DNA of 64,000 nt, from positions 372,001 through 436,000 of the forward strand of contig NC_047079.1 of the NCBI RefSeq assembly GCF_902459465.1, in the 5' to 3' direction. Positions 38,501 through 50,584 of this stretch are shown here, one piece after another; the stretch's first letter is position 1; each line of letters opens with the position of its first letter. The translations under genes and the position numbers were made by a program. The notes under the pieces were generated by a model. It saw only the letters and a program-made list of their open reading frames with translations, was not told where the DNA came from and did not search any database. Source of the DNA: Asterias rubens (Eukaryota).

Positions 38501-41500
38501 AAACACGTTAACCAGATTTTCAATTTTGAAAGCAGAATCACTGAAGCAGTGAGAATGGATGTTTTCCAACACGGTCTTTACTCTTCTCTGTTGTGTTTGC
38601 ACACTTCCCTGCTACTGGTCGGTGTCGTAGGGAAAATGTCTGTCCCCCAATGGGAACTTAACATGGGCTGAAGGTGGATGGTTAAAAAGGGCGCTATCAC
38701 AGTTCGTCGTATGAATGGGGGAGAGAATCTCCCGCCACATCGGGTGCGTTCGTTTAGCTCCCTGGGTCGACCCCGGTGTGTGACGGGTTTTTTCCCAGGA
38801 CGAGTGTGTGCAGATAATTACCCACGTTCGTCCTGGTAAAAGAAAACGCCACGCACCGGGGTCGACCCAGGGGAGCTAAACTAACGCACCCATCGGCAGA
38901 GCTTGGTGAGAGAAGTATACGCGCCTTGTAAGAATGGAGTCAATGGCTGATTTCACAAAGAGGTAAGCTTGCGCTTTAGATGTGCATCCATCTTGAGCGT
39001 AAGTCACAGTAAAAACACGATAGCAACTGAAAACGCATCTTGTGATGAACGGTTTTTGTAAAGGGACAACAACTACATAGAAAACAAACTAAAACAGCAA
39101 AATGGAAACAAGAGAAGTATGTTACTAATTATCTATCGGATAAAAATAAGATGCAGTGATGCAACACAGTAGTAACATATTGTGAAATCAGGTATATGCA
39201 AAGTGGAGATTGGCCGGACACGTGGCATGCATAGACAAATCACAACAAACGGACCAAAATGTCAGATTGGAAACCAAGAACAGGCAAGGGGGAAACGAGT
39301 CGGGTAGAGGAAGGGGTTAAAAGACGATACTGCCCGATGGATACAACATGGATCAGACAAGTACAAGACAAGGCAAATGCGTGCTTATGAAATCGAGCCA
39401 TAGTAGCATCCAACAATTTGTTTAGCTGCAAGTTACGTGAGCAAATACGTGAACGAGAACGTCACAATTGTGTCATTTCTAGGTGACGTCGCCATTTCTA
39501 GGTGACGTCGCCACTTAAAGGATCGGTCGAGTTGGTCTTTAAAAAGCGTTTGTAAACGTTTGTTATAAGATGCATATGGGTAGAAAGGTGTTGTAAAAGT
39601 AGAATACAATGATCCACACAAACATGCCTCGAAATTGCACGGTTTTCCTTTTACCTCGTCGACTAACACGGTCGACCATTTATGGGAGTTAATGGGAGGC
39701 AAATTTGTGTGGATCATTGAATTCTACTTTTAAAAGATCTTTCTAGCCATATACATTTTACAACAAACGGTTACAAACGCTTTTTATAGACCAACTTGTC
39801 CGATCCAAGGTAACGTGTTCCTTTAAGGTGACATCGCCATTTATTGCATGCTGACGCATGACGTCTGCACGTACGCACCTGACGTAACAATTAATGTTAA
39901 CTTCACGTATGTTAAAAACGTGAGATTTTGACGACACAATTTTTAACGTTCACGTTGACGTTCACGTTCACGCAGAACGTGCAGCTAAACCTCCCCCAAA
40001 TACGTGAAATCGGTATAAAACAAACGTGTGGTCCGTATTCATTGGACGATGTTACTGTAACAAACATCGTTGACTGTTAATGATGTCATAATGCTTCTCA
40101 AAATGAAAAGCCTTTATAAATCTCTTCCACGACAACACCTTTAGCTTTTAAACCGGACAGTTTTTTTGTGTTGGTTTGTAGTGGGTGACTGTGTCTGTTA
40201 CCTTGATGATGATCACGCACATGATGACTACAATCACCATAATGCAAATACTGACAGCCAGATCAGCATTGTCCGTAGTCACAGCACTATTCAACTTGTT
40301 CAATATCACCTGTAATCATAACAAGAATTATCGCTTAATTTTGTCTTTCTTTTCTCTTTTTCTTTATGCATGTAGGATATTGAGGACTAAGGCCGTTCCC
40401 GAAACGGTGACTTTGGCTACAGCTATGGTTCTATAAATCAGCGAGTGTCTGCCAGGTGTTGAAGAATAGAAAGACGCGCGCGACCTAGCCGTAGCTTTAG
40501 CCAAAGTCGACGTTTCGCACACGGCATTATACCGAATAAAAACGTGATATAAACCACTCACTAACCCGGAGGGACAAATGAATGTAGGGCCTACTGCATT
40601 CATTATCGACTCACTAAAAGGGACGGAATAATAGGCCTAGTCGTTTTTTTGTAAGCAATGCCAATACACTTTTAGTTAGAAGCCTACATCAACTTTTGAT
40701 AACACTTTTAAGTTACAGAAATACTTTACTTCGAAGTGAAACAGTTTTTATGTACCAAGTTTTGAATCTGAGAAGCGTTACTGTCGAAACGTTTCTCAGT
40801 TTGTGTTCTCATTAGGGATTATTTCCTGCTTGGACATTTTCAAAACGCGACCATCTTTTGAAATGAAATTTTCACATTTAATTGTTATTCTATACATCTA
40901 TACATCGAGCGGTCCAAAAATAAAATATATATATACTTTGCTTTTAATTCATAAATCCTCATTACAGTAACTGGAAAATAAAAGAAAAACCATCGTAACA
41001 TGTACTGTTTGTTTTGATGAGAAACGACTGTGGACCAACTGAATACATAGTTTGTACTTAAATGATTAGGTCTAATGACTCTAACATAGTGTCGCCTAAC
41101 CTCAGCCATTCGTCGTTGTATATCCTTGAGCGTGTCGATGTAGATGGTCATATTATCAAACCACCATGTTCCTTCTTGCCAGGATGGTTCACGGGAAGCA
41201 TTATTGTGCGAGATTTCTTGTCGCATCGTGTTGATAATTTCTGCGTAATCGTATTCAAACTCTTTTACTTTACCGTCCAAAATCTCGCGTACCAAATCGG
41301 AGTATTTTTGAGATGCCCAAATGTTGCTCTTTCCAACCTGCAAGAAAGATAAGTGACAATCAATGTATTTTTCTTGTTAGTTCCGTTCATTTTCATTTTA
41401 CTTGTCTATAATTAACTTATTTCTTCATGTGATTTACACGTATATTTTATCAGTATAGGTTCTGACTGAACATTAAGATCCCAACCTGCATTTTCTCCAT

Positions 41501-43128
41501 ATACCAGCGATAATCGGTAGGCTTGTCGAAACCACCCTGAGTATAGAACACCGCCCCCAGTGTTCGTTCAATGCCAGTTTGTTCCATGCCAACTATAAGT
41601 AGTTGATAAGCCACCAGGGTTTCCCACAAACCCTGACCTCCAGACTTTCCAACACTCTCATACAACCAATCAATGAACAATTGGATAGCATCAGTGTAGA
41701 AATGGATGACCTGAAGGAAGAAAAGAACCAATACGTTGTTTTTATGATACAGTGTCTTTATCAGCATACAGTCTCGTGGTTGATATCAGAAGTACAACAC
41801 TTGAAATAATTTAATGAAAATAACAACATTACAATATTATACTTCTCTTCAGACTGGCGTCCTCTGAACAATGTCATGTCGTTCAAGAAATCATCCCTTG
41901 AAGAAGTACATTTTTTTTAAATGTAAAAATAAAGTTGTTTTTTTAAATCTTAATGAGACACTGGACACTATTGGTAATTGTCAAAGACCAGTCTTCTCAC
42001 TTGGTGTATCTCAACATAATGCGTAAAATAACAAACCTGTGAAAATTTGAGCTCATTTGGTCGTCGAAGTTGCGAGATAATATGAAAGAAAAAAACCCGT
42101 GTAACACGAAGTTGTGTTCTTTCAGATGCTGGATTTCGAGACTTCAAATTCTAAATTTGAGTTCTCGAAATCAAATTCGTGGAAAATTACTTCTTTGGCA
42201 CAATGTTTTGTTCTATCAACCTCTCCCTATTGCTAGTTACCAAGTAAGGTTTGATGCTAATAGTTTGAGTAATTACCAATAGTGTCCACTGCCTTTAAAC
42301 AAATGGAGACGGAACTACGATACTGTACCTCATAAATGGTGGTATTGTGAATATCCAGAGTCAGTCGATACTCGAACAAAAATGACATGAAAGCTTCTTT
42401 ATTTTGAAATTGTTGGTAAGCTACAGTCCCCGCAACAGGCCAGTCATCGAGATTCTCCAATACTTCATCTACCAATGGATACGTATTAATCAAAAAGATC
42501 TTGCGCTGGGGACCAGTCGTCCTTTGCTGCATCAATGAACTAATGTATAAAGCAGTCATGTCACGTTCAAGCTGAAGACTATGAACAAGGGTACCAACCT
42601 AGAATACAATTGGACATGTACAAAATAACTGTTATAACAAACGCCTTTTGGCAAGCTTCTACTTTTAATTTTAAAACACCTAAAACAAATTAATAGGATG
42701 TACCGGTACATGAGATGGAGCCGTATACGTCAGAGCTTAGACGTGATGAACAAACGTGTATAAAACGTTTACAATGGTTCTGTTATAACAACAATGAGTC
42801 TTACCTGCCGACTGAATTGTACATTGCGTCTTATTTCAATAGCGTCAATACTTTTGGTAAGTGTTGCAATCAGATCAGATATAGCCAGTGTGGTCAAGAC
42901 GACAATTGGCATTAAGGTCAACGTCAACATCTTGATCATCTGCTTCCTTTTGCCAACTGGTGTAAGTGGAGTTGCTGAACACAGACTGGTCTTTGTGTCT
43001 TGTATAGCCTCTCTGATAGACTCATCTACTTGACTCATTGATCCCAGGCTAGATGCATTGCTGTTAGTGCGACTGTGAGCATGACCTCCAGTTGCCGGAT
43101 CAGTTTGGAGACCCTTCTCAGAAGCCAT
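35473..43128 (-). CDS. NIT-domain-containing transmembrane guanylate cyclase (NIT-GC), 10 exons, about 632 aa
   Basis: Exons on minus strand: 43128-42805, 42598-42329, 41710-41486, 41337-41101, 40309-40202, 38327-37979, 36886-36749, 36233-36135, 35939-35848, 35529-35473; GT-AG, phases consistent, 1899 nt. TM1 [20 protein letters not shown]; NIT motifs [11 protein letters not shown] and [10 protein letters not shown]; TM2 [19 protein letters not shown]; signal helix [14 protein letters not shown]; class III cyclase motifs [40 protein letters not shown]. An upstream exon is possible (acceptor just above 43174). Confidence 0.9.
35848..35939 (-). CDS. NIT-GC exon 9 (cyclase)
   Basis: [31 protein letters not shown]. 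Confidence 0.9.
36135..36233 (-). CDS. NIT-GC exon 8 (cyclase)
   Basis: [33 protein letters not shown]. Confidence 0.95.
36749..36886 (-). CDS. NIT-GC exon 7 (cyclase)
   Basis: [46 protein letters not shown]. Confidence 0.95.
37094..37512 (+). mobile_element. tRNA-derived SINE (CORE/Meta-like body, L2-like tail) with a duplicated head
   Basis: A box TGGCCGAGTGG at 37163, B box GGTTCGAATCC at 37220, GTGTCCTTGAGCAAG...CACCCAGG...AAATGGGTACC body, AATGTAAAGCGCTT...GGCGCTATATAAAT tail and TTA-rich end; truncated extra head at 37094-37150. Confidence 0.8.
37513..37750 (+). mobile_element. 5'-truncated SINE with Deu-type central domain
   Basis: Degenerate B box, then GATGGGACGTAAAGCCGTTGGTCCCG...GTAAAA...AGAAGGGGTTTGCCCCTGTGTTCCTGGC, resembling the Deu-domain as I recall it. 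Confidence 0.6.
37979..38327 (-). CDS. NIT-GC exon 6 (signal helix and cyclase N-part)
   Basis: [10 protein letters not shown]...LLYQMLP...FSDIVAFT...[13 protein letters not shown]. Confidence 0.95.
38742..38891. mobile_element. MITE, PIF/Harbinger-like
   Basis: About 37-bp TIRs GGGTGCGTTCGTTTAGCTCCCTGGGTCGACCCCGGTG, flanked by a 3-bp ATC duplication. Confidence 0.75.
39515..39826. mobile_element. MITE family B, left TIR partly deleted
   Basis: GGATCGGTCGAGTTGGTCTTT ... CCGATCCAAGGTAACGTGTTCCT|TTAA; same family as 48511. Confidence 0.8.
39835..39997. mobile_element. Partial copy of the 43816 element family, opposite orientation
   Basis: Ends in GTGCAGCTAAACCTC and shares internal blocks with 43816-44040. 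Confidence 0.55.
40202..40309 (-). CDS. NIT-GC exon 5 (TM2)
   Basis: [36 protein letters not shown]; tacag acceptor, GTAAC donor. Confidence 0.88.
41101..41337 (-). CDS. NIT-GC exon 4 (NIT domain C-part)
   Basis: [16 protein letters not shown]...[22 protein letters not shown]. Confidence 0.9.
41486..41710 (-). CDS. NIT-GC exon 3 (NIT domain)
   Basis: [16 protein letters not shown]...[21 protein letters not shown]...MEKMQ. Confidence 0.88.
41950..42298. mobile_element. MITE family A in NIT-GC intron 2
   Basis: GACACTGGACACTATTGGTAATT ... AATTACCAATAGTGTCCACTGCCT|TTAA. Confidence 0.85.
42329..42598 (-). CDS. NIT-GC exon 2 (NIT domain)
   Basis: [21 protein letters not shown]...HNTTIYE, 270 nt. 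Confidence 0.9.
42805..43128 (-). CDS. NIT-GC exon 1 (cytosolic N-tail and TM1)
   Basis: [15 protein letters not shown]...[21 protein letters not shown]...FSRQ, GTAAG donor. Confidence 0.8.
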
Positions 43129-43224
43129 TGTGAACTCCAAAGGGTTATCCAGATGAACTGCAGCTAGCAAAACTCTGTTGAACAAAATCATAGTCAAACT
43201 TCATACTTAATTTTTTTGCTACGT

Positions 43225-43470
43225 AGCCGCAGCTACTTATAACTTTTGCCCACTATTTTTATAATAACTTGTGGACGCTGTTTCTTAATAACTTGTGGTT
43301 GTTGCTATATAACTTGTGGCCACTGCTGCTTAATTTGCTGCCACTGCTACTTAAAAAGTTGTGGCCGATGCTCTTTAATAACACGTGGCTTCCTAAAACT
43401 TGTGGCCTCTGTTATTTAACAACTTGTGGCCGCTACTGATTATTAACTTGTGACCGCTGGCCACAGTTGT
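43225..43470. repeat. Degenerate 20-24-bp tandem repeat
   Basis: Repeated AACTTGTGGCC(G/A)CTG core. Confidence 0.6.
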
Positions 43471-43815
43471 TTGCGATATTAACTGGCGGCAACATAGGTG
43501 GCTGATATTGCCAAGTTAACGTATTTTTGCTCATACTAACTTTTCAGTTTATTTAACATTCGGCATCATTCAGATTTAAAAGTAAAGACGGGCTTTTAAT
43601 AGAAAAACCATTGCGTTGAAAAGTTCGATATTGACAACTCAATGTTTTGACAGATAATTTGTTTGTCGTTTTTTAACACTTAGGCGCTTATTTTGTCCAT
43701 CAGTTTTGATATCTGGGATGGTTTCTTAAAATTGTTATGCAGTCGGTTTCTAACTTTCTATGTTCTTGGTTTTCGATAAAACCAACTTCTTGTTATAGTC
43801 ACTGAAGTTGTTATA

Positions 43816-44040
43816 AGGGAGGTTTAGCTGAACGGTTTAAGTGAACGTGAGCGTCAGAAAATTGTGTCGTTATAATCGCACGTTTTTACATATGTGAAGT
43901 TCCCATTTTTCACTCCAGGTACGTACGTGCGCGCAGACATCACGTGAGCATGCAATAAGCCCTAAGTGGCAGAAACAGCACATTTTTTTAACGTTTACGT
44001 TAGCGTATTTGCTCACGTAACGTGCAGCTAAACCTCGTTA
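43816..44040. mobile_element. MITE with GAGGTTTAGCTG TIRs
   Basis: GAGGTTTAGCTG ... CAGCTAAACCTC. Confidence 0.6.
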
Positions 44041-46383
44041 TGACCTTGTCCTGTAACGCTCGTAATATATTTGCATTCTTTTGCGTAAAAGTTCGCATTA
44101 CGTAACAATTATTTTCGTTGTTTTGTTTGGGTTGCATTTTTTTTATACATATTTCTTTGAATGTGCGGTTTTTTTTAATTTTATTTTTTTAATGTATTTT
44201 ATTCTATTATTATTACACGGTACAAAAAAAGCTGACGGAAACGTTTGAAATATAAAGAGTATACCGCTCTGCAAGGGAACTTCGTCTCGTTATTGACTGT
44301 CTGGAGACTATAGTTACTGTGTCATATTGCTCAAAAAGCAATCGGTAAAGAGGATTACATGAACATGGACATCAAAGTGTGACTGCGAAATTGTTAGCTG
44401 CCGTGCTGGACATTTAAACGAATATGAGACTTCTGTCCACGCGTTGCCTATACAAGTCTACTCATTTGTGTTTTTTCAGAGGATTTTTAATGTGGGGTAC
44501 TTCTGCAACATCTGTCATTGTATACTAGACCCCGTAAGGGAAAAAATGACCGAGATTTAGTATTTGTACGTTTCCTGCGGCGATGGATAGCCGGGTAGCG
44601 TCCCTCATTACACCGTAGTACTAGGATTCTTGCTATATGACACACCGATCTTGACAATTCCCATACAGTACTTTGTAGGACATTATACAATAATAATAAA
44701 AAACTACGTAAAATATGCATATCTGCACCCCTCTCCCCTTTTCTAAGGTTCACACACAAACGCAAGTGCCGTTAAATAGGAACGTATCAATTATTTTTGT
44801 TAGTTTCATGGTTGGAGTAATAGTTCGGGTAATGTTGATCCTATATCGCTTTATGTTGTTTTCGAAGCCGGCCGGCAGCAAGGGTTTTGTCTTGCATTCT
44901 TAACCACTATGACTACCAGTGCAGAATTTTGTCAATCAATATCAAATTGATGCTAACACCCTTAGTATAGTTTCGATCAGTTTTCTGTGATTCCCTTTTA
45001 TGTGATTTGTTTATGCCACTTGTTCGCTTGTTCACCCAAGTTCTCTTCGACTTTTCGCCCCAAAATGACATTATTTGACTTACCTTCTCACATGCACGTC
45101 ATGCCTGTCCTGAGTAACGATGTAAACTGCGACACAAGCAGCTTACGTTTCGTCTCATCGTTGACTAATGAGGCTATTGGTGGCTTCACTCCGGGGGACT
45201 GATCATACGAAAGAAGACGAAACATGGTTTCATAGAAACCTATATCTCTACTACGACTTCTTAATTATCGTTTAGATAATGAGTTCTATGAAGGCCACAC
45301 AAATAACAGAAATATGGACTTAGACTTTGCATGTATCTTGTGACTAATGGTCCCATACTGTTTTAATGCTACTTGTGAAACTGCAGCTCAAAACAATGGC
45401 GGTATTTGTATTATACAGAAAAACAATGTGTGATGGGCACCTATACACGGGTCGAATTCGAACCCAAGGCTTTTGCCATTCAGAGCAGATATCTGACCCG
45501 GTAGACCCACCGTTATTAGCTAGCCAGGGTGGTACATCTGCTAAAAAACAACAAGATGAAACTGTTTCAATATGGAAAACGTGCATTTTGGGGCATGTAC
45601 TGCAGTGGACAGTGCACAAAATACATGTCAATTGCAAGATTGTTTGAAGGAGATAATTTCGTGTGCGATACCTGAAGTGAAGGCTTTTAACTTTATTTAA
45701 GTTATAAACAATTTTTAAAACAACTGTTAAATTATATTATTACTGCCAGAGATCGGATATAGCACCTTGAAAGGCAGTGGACACTATTGGTAATTACTAA
45801 AAAATAATTGGTTGCATAATTTATTTATTTTTTATTTATATTATTTTTTTATCCAGGGGGATAATGGTTTATTTACAACATTTCACTAAATCGTACATCA
45901 GATCGTCAAAACAAACAATGTTTAGTGAAAGCAAGACACAACGTTTTTAAGGATAATTAACACTTAGAACATTAATCATCTTGGAAAAGAACAGAATAGT
46001 AATCCCGATGAAGAAACTGGCCAACTTATTGTTACAAGTGGAAATAAATTTTTCCATGGCAGTATAATTTTTTAGTTCTGTTTTGAAAACTAAGAAGGAT
46101 AGTCTATTCTTAGACATTTTCATTTTGTAGATATGAAAACGGCAAATCAATAAAATAAGAGTTGTAGCTTTACACTTAAAGTCTGTTTTGCCAAATAAAA
46201 ACGCTTCATGGTCAAGGATGATGTTTAGCTTAGTCTTATAATTAATCCATGAAGCCACTGCTGTTTAAAAAGAAGTTGCAGCGGTACATGAGCAAAACAA
46301 ATGGATAAGAGCTCCTCCTGATTATTACAAAAAGTACATAAATTAGAGTCCAGCCTGTTGATTTTGAAAAGGAAACTGTTTGT

Positions 46384-46447
46384 GACTAGAACTCTATTAA
46401 TAAGTCTACACTGGAGACTAGAACTCTATTAATAAGTCTACACTGGA
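46384..46447. repeat. 32-bp tandem duplication
   Basis: GACTAGAACTCTATTAATAAGTCTACACTGGA x2. Confidence 0.9.
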
Positions 46448-46461
46448 ACCAGCATAAAAAC

Positions 46462-46950
46462 TTAAAGACACGGGACACTATTGGTAATTGTCAAAGACCA
46501 GTCTCCTCACTTGGTGTATCTCAACATATGCATAAAATAACAAACCTGTGAAAATTTGAGCTCAATTGGTCGTCGAAGTTGCAAGATAATAATGAAAGAA
46601 AAAATACCCTTGTCACACAAAGTTGTGTGCATTCAGATGCTGGATTTCGTGACCTCAAATTCTAAATCTGAGGTCTCGAAATCAAATTCGTGGAAAATTA
46701 CTTCTTTCTCGAAAACTAAGTCATTTCAGAGAAAGCCAATTCTCACACTATTTTATACTATCAACCTCTCCACATTACTCGTTACCAAGTAAGGGTTTAT
46801 GCTAATAATTATTTTGACTAATTACCAACAGTGTCCACTGCCTTTGAAGCAATGGAAAGATGTTGATAGTATATAACATTGTGAGAAACGGTTCCCTCTG
46901 AAGTAACGTAGTTTTCGAGAAAGAAGTAATTTTCCACGAATTTGATTTAA
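46462..46950. mobile_element. MITE family A full copy plus an abutting inverted fragment
   Basis: Full copy at 46462-46848, then family-A internal sequence in the opposite orientation to about 46950. Confidence 0.8.
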
Positions 46951-47177
46951 GTGGGCTAAGTGGAAACAGAAGGGAAGTGAGCGTATCTCTGGTTCCACAC
47001 GGTTCCGTCACTATACTCTCACTTGTTGTCTTCAGATACATTTGAACGTTATTTTAGATTTCGAATCAGGTTTTTTCTGTTCTTGAATCGTTACCAAAGA
47101 GGGTAGACAACATATTAATGAGAAGGCATCATGGATAAAGTCAATTTTACAAGTTTTTGTCCACACCCTGATGGCTG

Positions 47178-47424
47178 TTAAAGGCAGTGGACACTATTGG
47201 TAATTACTCAAAATAATTATTGGCATAAAACCTTTTTTGGTAACGAGTAATAGGGAGAGGTTGATAGTATAAAACATTGTGAGAAACGGCTCCCTCTGAA
47301 GCAATGTACTTTTCGAGAAAGAAGTAATTTTCCACGATCTTGATTTCAAGACCTCAGAATTAGATTTTTATGTCCCGAAATCAAGCATCTGAAAACACAC
47401 AACTTCGTGTGACAAAGGGTGTTT
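47178..47424. mobile_element. MITE family A, right-truncated
   Basis: TTAA|AGGCAGTGGACACTATTGGTAATTACTC...; a further terminal fragment lies at about 45770-45820. Confidence 0.8.
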
Positions 47425-48510
47425 GTAAGAGAAAATAATCAACGGTTTGTGCTTTTAACAACAGAGAAATTATGTTCAAGTAATAAATAACTTTTTATTA
47501 TAAAAAACACTAACTCAAATACTTTCAAAATTACATTGAAAGCACCTGTCGGTCCCTCTGAAAGTGCAATTTGATTGCAGATCTATCCAGTACACCCAAA
47601 AGCTTGTTACGGATACCTGATCTGCACCCGGGTACATGCCCTGTATGGTATCCTGACAACATCAAGATGGAACCACAGCAGAACCTGACTATTTTTCACG
47701 TGAGAAGTCCGTCGTCTGCTAGGTTTTCTGTATTGTTTTAAATTTGATTTTTCAGGGTGAAGGACTAAAATTAGCCTTGGTATCCACCATTTTCGGACTC
47801 AGCACCCCCAAATTAGTTAAATCAGGTATGTTACCAACTTTTACTCAAAAAAGCCGCTCACTTCCTTAACAAGAGCCCTTTTTGGAAATCTGGTCTAGAC
47901 TATAATGAAATCAAACCTGGATATGTGTGAAGGAAATAGCCTACTACTGCACCACATTAAATAACTCCACAGGCATTCTTGATGAAGTCGAAACCAGCTA
48001 TTGCTGCACTGCACAACAAAAGCATTGGTCGGGATATAAATAACTCTGACCCATACCGCTTTATAGATTAAATTTGCATATCTATAAAAGTCGGTTTATG
48101 CATCCAAATATGATCACTCAACAAACATCACGCAAGATATCAAGTTAAAAATAGATTGTGAACTTTGTTAACCAGTAGAGCATGCCTGGACATAGATTTG
48201 GTTTGTACTAACAAAGGTGGACATGCTCGACATCATCAGTCTCATATAGACTGCGCCATGATTGTATTGTGTTAGTTTCAGTATTGATACACAGAAGTTA
48301 CGAGACTGCAAAAAGAAGGAAATATCTATAGCATAGTAATATACAGTATAACTTGTTAGATATGCCAGTTGTACAGCCTATAATTTGTTTGGCTGACAGG
48401 TAAGTAGCTTTAATCTTGTTTTATCCCGTCTAATTATAGTTATATAATATAGGCCTAATTAGAAGTCCTAATTAGATTGTACTTTGATGTTTCACCGTTT
48501 TCCCGTTTTC

Positions 48511-48737
48511 TTAAAGGAACACGTTGCCTTGGATCGGTCGAGTTGGTCTTTGACAAGCATCCTGGAACCGTTTGTTATAAAATCAATATGGTTAGAAAGA
48601 TGTTGTAAAAGTAGAATACAATGATCTACACAAATACGCCTCGAAATTGCGTGGTTTTCGTTTTACCTCGTCGAAAAACACGGTCGGCCATTTATGGGAG
48701 TCAAACTCGTCCGATCCAAGGCAACGTGTTCCTTTAA
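48511..48737. mobile_element. MITE family B (TTAA-flanked)
   Basis: TTAA|AGGAACACGTTGCCTTGGATCGG ... CCGATCCAAGGCAACGTGTTCCT|TTAA. Confidence 0.85.
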
Positions 48738-50042
48738 CGGATACACTATGTGGTTTTCAAAGCTCATTATGTGTTCATAATGATACGATCATTTCAAAGA
48801 AATCTCATAGTTTGGTCAAGCGATTAAATGTTGGTTTGATTTTGATTGATACTTATTGCGTAAGTAGAGTGTGTACAGTTAGTGTTTGGGAAGTCTTTTA
48901 TCATGAATGCACGAAGGCCTATATACCCGTAATATGGCAATAATATGAAAAAAAATGTAATAAAATGTTGCATAGAACGTTTCATTCGTCAAAACTTGTC
49001 TGCTGCCCCCCCCCCCCCCCCCAAAAAAAACCCTCCTATTTGATGTTAGGGCGTTTTTTCATCAAAGCCTCTTATTCCAAATAATCAAAGAGTACAGCCA
49101 ATCTGTCAACATTTGTTTAATGATCAAAATCATCCAAAGTACTGAACTAGAAACAACTTTATAATGATATTCCTTGCGTATAATTTGAACATTATAAATG
49201 GAAGCAAGCCGGAATAAGCACGATCACAACAATCATGAGTCAATAAATTTGCAACAGGGATAAAGAATATTCATTTTGTTTTTTGACCATTATACACTGA
49301 TGTGTGTTAGCACTGTACTCAGTACTTTCCCGAGTTCTGTGAAAACATTGCTGACTGTATCCCAAACTGGAAGTGAGAACGGTTGCTGGGGTGCGGTGGG
49401 GTTAAAATTTGCCGGGATTTTTCCGGCAGTTTTTTCCCCGGGAAATGGCTCTGCAGTGTCAAAATAGGCTTTAGCTTTCAATTGCATTGTACCGGTAAAT
49501 GGAATAGAAATACCTTCTTGGTTGTTGTTTTAAATGTACATGGGCATGGTTTTACTCTAGTCTGTCAATACAAATGTTGCGTTTAAATTCAAACGATAGG
49601 TGTTGCGTAATTATTTCTTCAGTTGACGATTTGGACGGGCGGCGAAACCGTTCATAATACCATTGTCTTTGTGAATTTAAATGTAGACCCTATAATTTCA
49701 ATATTCAAATGCACAACGATAAGCTGAGTCTTTTTATAGGGGTCTTTATTTCTACTCCAAATTGATAACTGATTCAACTTAGCGTAAAGGCCTAGTAGAG
49801 GTTTTTGGCCAAGCTTGGGTTATGTTGGAAATACTTTAAGACCTCATTTCTGCTATAAGGACGAATGCTATAAACTGACAAAACATACAACCGACACTTT
49901 CAAAAATCAAAGATTTTCATAGAGTATCTATCTGTGCCATTGCAGTCATATATATACTTTTCTTGACAGCAACCGACACAATATACTGCAATCATGGAAG
50001 TTGTTCTTTGGCGAATCATAACCACAGCATAACCGTTGATTT

Positions 50043-50500
50043 AAACGGTGTTAACAGGAGGTCATCTGCAAACGGTGTTAACAGGGGGTCATCTGCAAAC
50101 GGTGTTAACAGGAGGTCATCTGCAAACGGTGTTAACAGGAGGTCGTCTGCAAACGGTGTTAACAGGAGGTCGTCTGCAAACGGTGTTAACAGGAGGTCAT
50201 CTGCAAACGGTGTTAACAAGAGGTCATCTGCAAACAGTGTTAACAGGAGGTCAACTGCAAACGGTGTTAACAGGAGGTCGTCTGCAAACGGTGTTAACAG
50301 GAGGTCGTCTGCAAACGGTGTTAACAGGAGGTCGTCTACAAACGGTGTTAACAGGAGGTCATCTGCAAACGGTGTTAACAGGAGGTCGTCTGCAAACGGT
50401 GTTAACAGGAGGTCATCTGCAAACAGTGTTAACAGAAGGTCATCTGCAAACGGTGTTAACAAGAGGTCATCTGCAAACAGGAGGTCATCTGCAAACGGTG
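50043..50500. repeat. 27-bp minisatellite, about 16.5 copies
   Basis: GTTAACAGGAGGTC(A/G)TCTGCAAACGGT. Confidence 0.95.
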
Positions 50501-50584
50501 TACTGCAGACTTCGAGCTGTATTATAAACGGCACTGTAACAAGCCGACGACAAGTTGGCTCATGGTTCTATAGGATTATGCAAT

